From: Octopus bimaculoides
Taxonomy: Eukaryota
DNA: 39,587 bases
Assembly (NCBI RefSeq): GCF_001194135.2
Contig: NC_068999.1
Location: 24,556,346 to 24,595,932 of the forward strand
Reading direction: 5' to 3'
The position numbers and the translations under genes were made by a program. Numbering within the stretch: the first letter of the stretch is position 1; every line of letters starts with the position of its first letter. Below, one piece after another: positions 24,101 to 33,214 of the stretch. The notes beneath the pieces are model-generated. The model saw nothing but the letters and a program-made list of their open reading frames with translations, did no database searches and was not told where the DNA came from.

Positions 24101-27100
24101 CTGGTTGGTTTGGGTGTGTGCTTTGTGTGGAGGAGGACAGCTCTATGAAGAAGTGCTGCATGTTCAAAGTATTTCATTTGAACATTCAAAGTATGCTGCA
24201 GAAGAAGAAGACTTGGCACAAATATGTATATCATACTGCTGTGAAATCAGTTGCATTGTTATCTAACAATTCATCAGAGATTGCCATACAGTAGGGACTC
24301 TCAAACTTAGGTCCATGTCCCCCTAAGGGTACAAACCTCACACACCCCTAAAATCACTGGAATTTTAAGTAATTACAACCAAGATGCAAACTGGTCAATA
24401 AAGGACCAGAAACAACATAATCAATTGTTTGCTCCTCCAAAATTTCTGGCTTTGTCCTAGTAAGAAATTAATTTCGTTTGATTTAATGATGCAGTTTCAA
24501 AGAGGCTGTAAACTCTCATCTGGATTGAAACAGCAAAAGGCTCTCCACACATTTTCTAGACACACAGTTTGTCATGGTGGAAAGCAACAGCTTCCAGTTA
24601 GATGGCTTTAATGCAGGAATCTCAAACATTTCCTGCTTATGTACCCCTTTGTCATGTCCAGTACAACTGGCAGACCCTGTATAAAGTATAAAGTATATAG
24701 GGAAAATGGTTGGATAACATACAACAGATAAGACAGGTATAATTTATTAATTTAATTTGAAAAGTTCAAATCCCACCAAATTCCACCATGCAACTGATTT
24801 CACAGCAGTAAGGTCCTCAAATTCATGTTTCACGATTGCATTCCTGCTTCAGTGGAACTGTTAGCAGACAGCCCAGTTTAGTATGTATGTACTTGCAACT
24901 ATATTTAAGTACTTTTAGAAACTTAAAAATGAGCTTGGTACATAATCTGTCATGCTTTTAGAAGACTTCAGTATCCACTATGAGGACAAAACAACAGGCA
25001 TTGCGTCCCTCACCCCTAAAATTAACCAATTGCTTTGAGTTACAGTAAAGCAATAAGAGGAGAATTTTCTTGATGTTATTCTGATCAATTTAGGGTTAGG
25101 GTTAGGGTAGCTGCTACAAGTCTTGAACACCTGGGTAGGACTGGTAAAACTGAATGTTCCAATGTACATATTTGGTGCTACAAAAGAGCAAAACACTCAG
25201 TTCGTGTAATTTAAACTCTATGCAAAGTAATCATTCGAAGCAAAGTCATCAATGCCAAAAGAAACAACCAATAAAACTTGATTTGGTGAAAGATTCAGCA
25301 GAGCTTCCAGAAAAGTGTCATTTCTTCTGTCAATTTAAGATGAGTAAGAATAATAGTGTAGAGAATTAATGAAAGGCACAGTTACTGATTTTAGAGGGGG
25401 ATAAAAAGCACTGACATAGGTGTCAGTATGGTTGTGTGGTAAGAAGTTTGCTTCCCAACCTCATGGTTCTGGGTTCAACCCCACTATGTGGCACCTTGGG
25501 CAAGTGACTTTTATTATAACCCCAGGCTGACCAAAGCTTTGTGAGTGGATGTGGTAGATGGAAACTGAAAGAAGTCTGTCATTGTAAATATATATATGTG
25601 TGTGTCTTTCTGTATGTGTTTGTCCCCCCACCAGCACTTGACAACCAGTGTTGGGGTGTTTGGCCCTGTAATGTAGCAGTTAGGGAAAAAAGACTGATAG
25701 AATAAGTACCAGGTTTTACAAAAAACAATAAGTTCAACTAAAATTCTTCAAGGTGATGCCCCAGCATGGGTGTAGTCTAATGATTGAAACAAGATATTGA
25801 AGAAAGACCAAAACAATGTTGGACTATAATAAACTGTCACCTTCATATGGCTATTATCAAATGCAATGCATCTGCCTGCTCAACAACAGTAGAAGACAAA
25901 GTCAACATTTTCTACAAGAGTTTTGCTGTGAGCATTCTTAGCAAGGCAACAACAAGAGTTTTTAGCTAAAAGCCAACCCACTACATGTTTTATTTGTTGA
26001 CTGGAGAAGACTTTTGACAGAAAACCCCTCTCTAGCTGGGTGGTCACTAAGAGAACTATGTGTAGATGGATAGCATGTGGGAGTCATGTACAGTGGGGCT
26101 CTCAGCAAAATGAAAATTAGCAATGTATTTGGTGATAAATTTTGCAGGTAGATATGTGTCCATAAGGGCTCTGTTCTCAGCCTCCTGTTGTGGCTCGGAA
26201 ATGATAGCTGCCCAGGTGACTTTCATTTGTTGAGGGCACAAAACTTTCTCTTGTATTCTGTCCTACCAGCTTGTGTGTAGGTACTGAAACAGCAGAATTA
26301 CTTGGACCCTTGCTTAAGGACTTTTAAAGCCCCTTGTTATTTCTTCCATGTCCTGGTGGGCCTATTAAACATTTTTTAAAAACTTTTTATTATTATTATT
26401 ATTTTTTGTGATAGGAGGTGGAATTTGAACTCAAAACATACAGAACTGAAACTATTGCAAATTATTTCATCTAATGCTGTAACATAATATAAGCATTATC
26501 CAGTTGACTGATGCTTTATTTATCAGCTCTGAAAAGATGAAAAGCAAGGTTGATCTATGTGGGATTTGAATTCTGAGTGCAGAGGACCAGAACAAATAAA
26601 TACTTCTAGCAATTCTATTCAATATGCTAATAAATTCCTTAATTTGTCATCACAAACACGTGCGTGTGTATGTATGTGTAACTTGTTAACTTCTGAAGTG
26701 AGCTCTTCATATCAAGTGTTTCGTTTTAGGGCAGTAATATACTGTATAGTTTACTTTTATTTGTCTTGCAGTTTTTCTTGTATTTTGTTGCATAACATTG
26801 GCTTTTGTAGGAACAGCTATATGAACTAATAGACACTTTATATACAGCTCTCAACTCAACCCTGAAGCAGGACCTTAACACTGTAACTTGTTGTCAGTTA
26901 GGTAAAGCAGTGCAAACAGAACTCATGATTGTGATCATCAGTTAATTTTCTTAGCCCTATGGATATTGCACCTTATTTGACAAATACCACTTGTGTGGGT
27001 TTCAGCATTCATCATCATCATCATCACCATCATCATCATCATTTAATGTCCGTTTTCCTTGTTGGCATGGGTTGGACGGTTCAACAGGAGCTGACAAACT

Positions 27101-28161
27101 GGAGAGCTACATCAGATTCCATTTGTCTGTTTTGACGTGGTTTCTGTGGCTGGATACCCTTCCTAATGCGAACCACTTCACAGAGTGTGCTGGGTGCCTT
27201 GCATGTGTTGCTGGCACAGGTGCTTTTTACCTGGCACCGGCATCAACATGATCACCAAGTAACATACAAGACAAAGCCCTCTTGGCTGAGAGATGGAATG
27301 GAACCGAAGGAAGTGGTTGTGTGCCAGTCGAGAGGTTAGAGTATGAAAGAGGGACAGGGATAGTTGTCCGACTGTAGAGGGAATACTTGACCACCCCAGT
27401 AGGACAAGGAAGGAGATGAAAATATTCTTTTCTGCTCTAGCCACAAGGCCCGAAATTTTTTGGGGAGGGGGCCCAGTTGATTAGATTGACCCCAGTATGC
27501 AACTGGTACTTAATTTATTGACCCCGGCTAACATTTCTGCCAGCTCACTGCCTTAGGAGATGGAAATATTGTAGCTCCATTTCTACTTTAACATTTACCA
27601 TTACCTTCTTTTTTTTTTTTGATGAAATCTCTTTATCATAGTAATTTAGATATTGTTTACATTTAGTATTTGTTTACCAATAGGATGACAAGCTGGCAGA
27701 ACCTATAGCACACCAGGCAAAATGCTTAATGGCATTTCATCCATCTCTACATTCTTAGTTCAAATTTCACCTGGGTCGACTTTGTCTTTCATTCTTTCGG
27801 GGTCAATAAAATAAGGACCAGTTGAGCACCTGGGATTGATCTAATTGACTTACCCACTCCCCTGGAATTGCTGGCCTTGTGCTAAAGTGTGAAACCAATA
27901 TTTGTTTAGTAATAATAAAAGTTGCTAAAAAATTGACATGTTTGGTTTTGTTTGTTGTTCAACATTTTACATTTCAACACTGATCTTTACTTTGGCAACA
28001 TCTTTTCTATATTTCTAGGTTGTATGTGGTCAGTTTGTGGAATCCATGACATGGGTTGGGCCGAACGACAGATTTTTGGCAAAATTCGTTACATGAACTT
28101 CAATGGATGTAAACGTAAATTTGATGTCAACAGATTTATAATGCGTTATAAGAGCAAGTAA
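6614..28161 (+). CDS. phr: Class II CPD DNA photolyase, spliced: join(6614-6845,8265-8410,10603-10785,10898-11056,14731-14929,18803-18955,19051-19172,19746-19905, then either 21498-21655 [503 aa] or 28019-28161 [498 aa])
   Basis: All introns are GT-AG and phases join into one open frame. Class II motifs present: YWMxRDQRVQDNWA, TDFSPLR, VDxHNIVP, RNDP..LSNLSPW, ELADN, HDx[50 protein letters not shown]. Confidence 0.96.
6936..7150 (+). mobile_element. SINE family A (phr intron 1)
   Basis: A-box-like TGGCAGAATCGTTAG, B-box-like GTTCAAATTC, shared 3' end GTGCCAAAATTT. Confidence 0.85.
7764..7914 (+). mobile_element. RTE-clade LINE fragment (C-terminus of AP endonuclease), cut by an assembly gap
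   Basis: Open translation [20 protein letters not shown]...[16 protein letters not shown]; gap at 7915-8014. Confidence 0.8.
8265..8410 (+). CDS. phr: phr coding exon 2 (DNWAMLFAQ...GLKEVEK)
   Basis: Acceptor TTTTAG ending 8264 completes GAT (Asp of QDNWA); donor AG|GTTTGT at 8411, phase 0. Confidence 0.95.
8921..9310 (+). mobile_element. SINE family B, full-length, young-looking
   Basis: Complete head, CORE-like block, internal (TA)n and 3' tail; CpGs largely intact. Confidence 0.9.
9860..10020 (-). mobile_element. SINE family B 5' half, next to a (CA)n(CT)n microsatellite
   Basis: Reverse-complement head: GGCACCTTGGGCATGTGTCC...CCAAAGCCTTGTG. Confidence 0.7.
10035..10200 (+). mobile_element. 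tRNA/CORE-type SINE, family D
   Basis: GATTCCCAGG...TTCTTGAGCAAAACACTTCATTTCA...GCTCCAGT; related minus-strand copies at about 15030-15260 and 15660-15805. Confidence 0.6.
10245..10450 (+). mobile_element. Tc1-like transposon 3' fragment
   Basis: Translates [35 protein letters not shown]; ends in TIR ...TTTTGCCCAACCCCTG followed by TA (10451-10452). Confidence 0.8.
10603..10785 (+). CDS. phr: phr coding exon 3 ([12 protein letters not shown]...TDFSPLR...VGLCQ)
   Basis: Polypyrimidine tract plus TAG ending 10602; 61 codons; donor CAG|GTTAGA. Confidence 0.95.
10898..11056 (+). CDS. phr: phr coding exon 4 ([10 protein letters not shown]...EYGARTIR...EAK)
   Basis: Acceptor TTTCAG ending 10897 after a 112-nt intron; 53 codons; donor AAG|GTAATC. 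Confidence 0.95.
11487..11715 (-). mobile_element. Family C retroposon (variant) with (CAT)n tail
   Basis: CATCATCATTTAATGTCCACTTTCATG...CCTTCCTATCGCTAATCC. Confidence 0.65.
12791..12873. repeat. 21-bp minisatellite, 4 copies (AGTTCTGAGAGTCAAAGTGAC)
   Basis: Directly visible head-to-tail units with no spacers. Confidence 0.95.
12939..13057. repeat. Inverted repeat: 38-bp arms with a 43-nt spacer
   Basis: AAAGATTTGGCTGTTATTTCTTGCATGCCCTGCTACCA versus TGGTAGCAGGGCATGCAAGAAATAGCCACCAAATCTTT. Confidence 0.9.
13395..13575 (-). mobile_element. SINE family B 5' half
   Basis: TATCAAATCCACTCACAAGG...AGAAGACACTTGCC...GGACTGAACC. Confidence 0.75.
13713..13977 (-). mobile_element. SINE family A plus partial second copy, between 13-bp direct repeats
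   Basis: TCCTATCAATATT at 13703-13715 and 13978-13990 (probable TSD). Confidence 0.7.
14314..14512. mobile_element. Mariner-derived MITE
   Basis: About 30-bp TIRs (GGTGCTxAAAAGTTCCTGGCTTT) flanked by TA at both ends. Confidence 0.85.
14731..14929 (+). CDS. phr: phr coding exon 5 (PTNWN...[19 protein letters not shown])
   Basis: Acceptor CTCTTTAG ending 14730; donor G|GTAAGA, phase 1. Missed by the ORF track (no start codon). Confidence 0.95.
16425..17402 (+). mobile_element. Head-to-tail array of four family A SINEs separated by (TTA)n/(TTG)n tails
   Basis: Copies start at about 16425, 16634, 16836 and 17186; each ends in a GTGCC... tail running into ATT repeats. Confidence 0.85.
17946..18465 (+). 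mobile_element. SINE family B with long internal (TA)n; a partial copy precedes it at about 17850-17940
   Basis: Head GGCACAGGCGTTGCTGTGTG..., tail GACTGAAACAA. Confidence 0.85.
18803..18955 (+). CDS. phr: phr coding exon 6 (GHISPQR...[13 protein letters not shown]...DNIN-G)
   Basis: Acceptor AATAG ending 18802; donor G|GTAGGA, phase 1. Confidence 0.95.
19051..19172 (+). CDS. phr: phr coding exon 7 (GAYEWA...[10 protein letters not shown])
   Basis: Acceptor TCTCAG ending 19050 after a 95-nt intron; donor CAA|GTAAGA, phase 0. Confidence 0.95.
19215..19640 (+). mobile_element. SINE family A, full copy plus partial copy, filling most of phr intron 7
   Basis: GAGCTGGCAGAATTGTCAG...; second fragment GTTCTGAGTTGAAATTCC...GTGCCTAGAGTAGAA. 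Confidence 0.8.
19746..19905 (+). CDS. phr: phr coding exon 8 ([24 protein letters not shown]...[11 protein letters not shown])
   Basis: Acceptor TTTCCAG ending 19745; FAD-binding core motif; donor G|GTATGT, phase 1. Confidence 0.96.
20575..20720 (-). mobile_element. SINE family B 5' half
   Basis: GTAGAAGACACTTGCTCAAGG...CCACATGG...AAGCTTCTTAAC. Confidence 0.7.
20921..21133 (-). mobile_element. SINE family A upstream of exon 9a
   Basis: Near-complete reverse-complement copy. Confidence 0.85.
21498..21655 (+). CDS. phr: phr proximal alternative terminal exon 9a ([52 protein letters not shown])
   Basis: Acceptor CTCTTTGTAG ending 21497, phase-compatible with exon 8; open to TAA at 21653-21655; AATAAA at 21703 and ATTAAA at 21820 downstream. 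Confidence 0.88.
21703..21825 (+). terminator. Candidate proximal poly(A) signals for the exon 9a isoform
   Basis: AATAAA at 21703-21708 and ATTAAA at 21820-21825, the latter followed by a T/GT-rich tract. Confidence 0.5.
22965..24240 (+). mobile_element. Heavily decayed RTE-clade LINE (RT domain and C-terminus)
   Basis: Fragments resembling MQFGFVP, DLEKxxxRVP, VGxHxGxVxSxLLF, CPWKLLxVDxL, [22 protein letters not shown]; many stops and frameshifts. Confidence 0.8.
25420..25795 (+). mobile_element. SINE family B (CpG-eroded)
   Basis: Full-length alignment to the other copies; no CG seen. Confidence 0.85.
25840..25960 (+). mobile_element. Possible LINE AP-endonuclease fragment
   Basis: [23 protein letters not shown] resembles the II..YAPT...E..K..FY motif. 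Confidence 0.4.
27005..27245 (-). mobile_element. Family C retroposon with (CAT)n tail
   Basis: CATCATCATTTAATGTCCGTTTTCC...CCTTCCTAATGCGAACCAC. Confidence 0.75.
27682..27902 (+). mobile_element. SINE family A immediately upstream of exon 9b; a deleted minus-strand copy lies at about 27443-27548
   Basis: AAGCTGGCAGAACC...GAAACCAATA. Confidence 0.85.
28019..28161 (+). CDS. phr: phr distal alternative terminal exon 9b ([47 protein letters not shown])
   Basis: Acceptor ATTTCTAG ending 28018, same phase as 9a; branch-like CTGAT about 35 nt upstream; typical animal class II C-terminus. Confidence 0.9.
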
Positions 28162-28319
28162 TGATCAAGTACTGACATAACTGTAATTTAGTGTCAGCTG
28201 ACATCATTCATTTTAGACAGCCATATTCTTTCTTACTCTTTGAATCTCATGTTTGCTGTTTATTTCACATTTAAAATTATTTTTTGCATGTATTTTTTAA
28301 AATTTTCTTTTCTTTTTAA

Positions 28320-28534
28320 CCCTTTTGCTACCAACCTACCTGAAACTACCCTTGGTTCTCTCACACAAACTGTCTCAAAGTAACTTAAATGCAAATCTTC
28401 CATCAAAATTTCATGTTAATTTGTTCCAAACATCATCGTAATAATGACAAAGTTATTTTACTACATTCTTCATTATTTTCAAAATTAATAGAAACAAGGA
28501 ACTTTATTTCAGCAGAAATATGGTAATAAAAGAG
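28320..28534. mobile_element. piggyBac-like MITE in the 3' UTR of the 9b isoform
   Basis: TTAA-CCCTTTTGCTACC ... GGTAATAAAAGAG-TTAA (TTAA at 28316 and 28535; imperfect TIR). Confidence 0.7.
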
Positions 28535-28666
28535 TTAAGAACTCTCTTCATGCTCCACATTTTATTTGCTGTAAAACATTTAAAACAATGAACATTTCAA
28601 ACTCAGGGATTTATCAAAATAACATGTGGATTACACTTTGTAAGAAAATTTGGATTTTTTTTTGTT

Positions 28667-29105
28667 CTTTGGTCAGTAAGTGTTATTTCCTATTTGCTTC
28701 TATCTAGAAATCAAAGGAAATGACTACTATTCCCTCCAAACATTGCTTTTGTGTCCTGGATATCAATGTTTTGAAACTGACCTATTTTCCATTACATTTC
28801 AGACAAATTCAGAGTTGGGTTGCTGAAGCAGAAATATCGTTATAGCAAATATTCTGCTCAATACAACAGATTTGCTTGTCAGTTGCTGGCTTGATCATAA
28901 ACACTTGAACATGTCCCTTAGTGGCTGACAGTATGTGCATCTCTGATCATGAGCAGGAGTAGTGGGGGAGCATCATAACCATGTGTTGAGAGGGATTCTT
29001 TGGGATTTGAATAAATGTAACAAAAGCAAAGTTTGTAGGAAATATTAGTCATTTTTCATACTTTGTTGGGGTAAGCAAATAGGAAATAACAGTTGCTACC
29101 CAAGG
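28667..29105. mobile_element. Inverted-repeat-bounded element (about 33-bp TIRs)
   Basis: Perfect 18-bp core GTTATTTCCTATTTGCTT (28682-28699) versus AAGCAAATAGGAAATAAC (29073-29090), extendable with mismatches. Confidence 0.65.
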
Positions 29106-29571
29106 ACAAAAATCGTGTCACACATTGTTATCAGTGATACTTATGTAACTGGTCACTGGTGACTTAGCAGCTGAAACAACAGGTATTTATGTGTGAGAAG
29201 TTGACATGATGTTTATATTTTTCTACCTGGATTATTGAAACACCACATTTATAAGTTAATAATGACATGTAATCTTTTGAGTAGAAACCTCATTATATTT
29301 CATTTGTAACTACATGCTGGGGAGATGGAATTCATAGAATCACTGCTTGCCACGTTGTTTGTTTCTGATGTTACTGTTTTGCTTTTATTTTGATTCTACG
29401 GTCATTAATTATTTTTATTATAATATCATCACTTTTTAAAAACAATTAAAATTCTTTTGAGTGTAATTTATAATTACATGCTTGCTCAGGGAAACGGAAC
29501 TCCGTATTAAACTTGACAACCACATCTGAAGGTGTCGGTTCCAGTTAGTGAGCAGTGTATTTTTATAACAC

Positions 29572-29590
29572 AATAAAAGCTTGAAATAAA
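29572..29590 (+). terminator. Candidate distal poly(A) signals for the exon 9b isoform
   Basis: Two AATAAA (29572, 29585) followed by T-rich sequence. Earlier AATAAA at 28525 and 29010 lie inside repeats. Confidence 0.4.
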
Positions 29591-29654
29591 CTTTTAAACT
29601 TCATATAAACTTTAGCTTGCTTTGTCTTTGCAAGGAAGTTTCCATCTGTTTTAC

Positions 29655-30030
29655 CTTCTTATCTTTTATTTATTCCAGTCATTAGACCACGACCATGCTT
29701 GGGCACGTCCTTAAAGGATTTTTGGTCGAATGAATAGAGTTCATTACATTTTTTAAAGTACTTATTCTAACGGTTCTTTTGTTGAACAGCTAAATTACAG
29801 GGACGTAAACACACCAACACCAGTTGTCAAGCGGTGGTGAGGGACAAACAAAGACACACGTACACACACACACATACATATACGACGGACTTCTTTCAGT
29901 TTGCGTCAACCAAATCCACTCACAAGGTTATAGTAGAAGACACTTGCCCAAGGTGCTACGCAGTGGAACTGAACCCGGAACCATGTTGGGAAGTAAGCTT
30001 CTTACCACACTGCCACGCCTACGCCTATGT
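29655..30030 (-). mobile_element. SINE family B (CpG-rich)
   Basis: Full-length reverse-complement copy with internal (CA)n. Confidence 0.85.
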
Positions 30031-30166
30031 GTAAATATGAAGAATATTTTCACAGTTTGTTTATCCAAATCTCTATCCAATGAAAGCCGCTTTATAAAGT
30101 ATAAGATAGTAAGTAGATAATGTAATTTTGTAGTTTATTGATCTTTAATATTTTTTCATGTAATTT

Positions 30167-30388
30167 GAAGGCAGCGAGCTGGCAGAATGGTTAGGACGCC
30201 GGGCAAAATGCATAGTAGCGTTTCGCCCGTCTTTACGTTGTGAGTTTAAATTCCGTCGAGGTCGATATTACCTTTCAACCTTTCGGAGTTGATAAAATAA
30301 GTACCAGTTGAGTATTGGGATCGATGTAATCGATTTACCCCCTCCCTCAAAGCTGGTGGCCTTATGCCAAAATTTGAAACCAATATTT
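30167..30388 (+). mobile_element. SINE family A (CpG-rich)
   Basis: GGCAGCGAGCTGGCAGAATGGTTAGGACGCCGGGC...GAAACCAATATT. Confidence 0.9.
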
Positions 30389-30619
30389 TGATGTAATTTA
30401 GCTCATAAAGGTATATTGATTAGGAGTAATTAAGCAGCTAATGGCTTTCACTCATCAGTAAATTGAACAACTGTGGATATCTATATGATATATATATATA
30501 TATATAAATATATAAAGAGAGAGATGACTGATTGTTGTTAGGTTCCTTGGTTTGGAGATGAGTAAAATCTACAGTAAAAATTAGTAGATCATTTCTACTT
30601 GACTACAACAAAAATCTAA

Positions 30620-30825
30620 ACACGGCACCCAGTACACTCGTAAAAGGCACGCAGCACACTCTGTAAAGTGGTTGGCTTTTGGAAGTTGCATCCAGCCGTA
30701 GAAACCAAGCCAAATCAGACTGGAATGTAGTGTAGCTCTCCTGCTTGCTAGCTCTTGTCAAACTTTGCAACCCATGCCAGCATGGGAAACAGACGTTAAA
30801 TGATGATGATGAAGAAGAAGAAGAA
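30620..30825 (+). mobile_element. Family C retroposon with (TGA)n(GAA)n tail
   Basis: GCATCCAGCCGTAGAAACC...CCATGCCAGCATGG...GTTAAATGATGATG. Confidence 0.75.
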
Positions 30826-31134
30826 AAGTATACAGTACTTGGATTACAAACGAAAACAATGAAGATGTCTTGTTCAATATAGTCAGTCATTGTTTAATTG
30901 TATTTTATTTCCGTAAACCAGAAGCAACGTACATTTATATAACTGTATCAAAGGTAGTCATTGGCGGCGAGAGACATAGTTGTCAGAGCAGAAACTGATA
31001 CAAACCAGAGAATGACGAGGACAAAGCTGATGGGTGGGGTATTGATAGATCATTGTAACGCTGTGACGGAGTATTTAGTCACCTGCAACGGTAATTTTAA
31101 GTTTATGATTTAATTTGATGTTTGTGATTGATGT

Positions 31135-31310
31135 TGCTTAGCTGCAGGTCAGCTTTCATTGAGCAAACCTACGATCAAAGGCATTCCAAGCATAACCATC
31201 CTGCCTCCTTTATACTATCAAGAACTACAAGGTGTGATTTGAGGGGGATTTATCTCACTATTTCTTTCAGTTGAGCGACTTCGTAAGGGTTCCCTCGTCG
31301 TGCTTGTGTT
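31135..31310. repeat. Dispersed repeat family E (second copy at about 33795-33965)
   Basis: Shared GATCAAAGGCATTCCA..ACCATCC...GAGGGxGATTT..CTATTTCT blocks. Confidence 0.5.
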
Positions 31311-31352
31311 AGCGTTAACATCGTTGGTTGTCGGTGTGGTGAAAATATAGGA

Positions 31353-31537
31353 CAATGCTCTGCAACCGGTATGCCGCGGCACACTGGTGTGACACGAGAC
31401 GATGCTAGGCGTGCCGCAATGTAACCTGAATATAATTTTTTCCCTTATACTTTTAGTTATGTTTTTAGTTCAGGTGTGCCGCCGAATTTTGAAAAGAATA
31501 TAAGTGTACAACAAGTGAAAAAAGGTTACGGAGCATG
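31353..31537. mobile_element. hAT (Charlie-like) MITE
   Basis: TIRs CAATGCTCTGCAACC / GGTTACGGAGCATG; perfect 8-bp TSD ATATAGGA (31345-31352, 31538-31545); internal GTGTGCCGC motifs. Confidence 0.85.
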
Positions 31538-32319
31538 ATATAGGAGACTGTAACAGCGGCGATGTTACGAATGTGGATATTGGTGGTAAAGTGAGATATT
31601 GGTTTTAGTGAAATAGCAGTTAATTACATTCCCCTCAAAAATATCGTATGCCGTAATCTATTATACCTTTTTAATTATACTGCGAAGAGAATTTTGATTT
31701 TAAATTTCATAACGTCTAGCGTCTCTTCAGATTTGCCTGTCTTCTAAAATAGATTTGTGTGTGTGTGTGCGGATACATGCGCATACACATATACATATAA
31801 ATGTATACACATATCAATTTAGTGCCCCTCCTCCCCACTTGTTTTATCAATAGAATCCTTATATGATTTCCTCCAAAATCGCGAACCCACATCTATATTT
31901 TATGGATAACCCCCGCCACCCTAATTTTAAGACTTTAAATAAAATAAATGAGCGTATAACATCTTGAAGTACTTTTATATGCCATGTTTTTATGAAGTAA
32001 ATAATTAAATTTTATGTAATAAAAAAAAAACCCTTTATCTTACGGAATTTTTTCACAGAACCCTGGGTTTCCTCGGAACCTACATTGGGAAACAATGCCT
32101 TATGGTATACATCCTCTATATTCGGGTTAGTTGGTCATTTGTTTGTGGGTGTCTTGCATATAATGGATTTAACATGGAATTGGCCGTTACACACAAGACA
32201 TCAGACCCTAATTAAAATCAGAGTCAATATTCCAACAGCAAGGCTAATGTACGGTTGGAAGAATGTGGCCAGATATTGTTTTCGAAATTGGCCCTTCACC
32301 AGACTCGTAAGAGGAGTGA

Positions 32320-33185
32320 TGTTTGTTTGTATGTATGTATGTATGTATGCATGTTTATGTTCTTTTCTGTTTTTAATTATTTAAATTATTTCTCTAAAGA
32401 GGGAGCTGGTTTCTAACAAAGATACAAAGCTCCATCATTGGAATGTAGATAACAAAAACAATGTCACATTTTAAACCTGAGAAAAGTCTCGCATAGTTTT
32501 ACTGTCCCACTTACAGATTGTATTTATATTGTGCAAATCAGTTGGTTGAGTTCTTTTTCTGAAAATCCAAACTTAAACAGACTGACAGGCATTTACTTAC
32601 AAAACCAAGTGCTCCGCTTATTGTTGGGACAAATGTGTGTGTGTGTCTTCAGTATTTAATCATTTAAATTCTTTCTCTAAAGAGGGAGCTGGTTTCTAAC
32701 AAAGATACAAAGCTCCGTTGTTGGAATGTGGATAACGAAAACAATGTCACATTTTAAACCTGAGAAAAGTCTCGCATAGTTTTACTGTCCCACTTACAGA
32801 TTGTATTTGTAATGTGCGAATCAATTGGTTGATTTTTTTTCTGAAAATCCAAGTTTATCCAGACTGACAGTTAGGCATTTACTTATAAAACCAGGGGTTC
32901 CAATTATTACTGATATAAATGTAAATTTGTAATCCGGATATAGAAACTGGAGGTTTTGAAGCAGTTGTCCATAATTATCTTCCTTCTCCTTGATTTTCAA
33001 AGAGATATTCACATCAGCAGGACAGCTGACCACCATGATAGTACATACTTTTTCTTGTCCCCAAACAACGATATTTGGCCTGTTATGCTTACACTTGACA
33101 GATGTTTTGATGGGAATGTTCCACCAGTATTCCTTGTGTTGGTATTTGTATGCATACTCAATAACTATTAGTTATACAGCTAACT
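32320..33185 (-). mobile_element. 3' end of an R4/Dong-like non-LTR retrotransposon (restriction-like endonuclease) with a duplicated 3' terminus
   Basis: Minus-strand EYWWNIPIKTSVKCKHNRPNIVVW...VSCPADVNISLKIKEKEDNY...SVIIGTPG...SGTVKLCETFL; repeat units 32379-32607 and 32662-32893; (TACA)n tail. Confidence 0.8.
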
Positions 33186-33214
33186 ATAACGTAACAGTTT
33201 ATCAAATTTATCTT

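Noticed and set aside
21656-28018. A second photolyase paralog supplying exon 9b
   Set aside because: No copies of exons 1-8 were seen in this interval, which is mostly SINE/LINE debris, and the only gap is 14 N. An undersized gap cannot be fully excluded.
32085-32384. 99-aa ORF on + (and its antisense frames)
   Set aside because: No recognisable motif, non-ATG start, and it runs into a retrotransposon tail.
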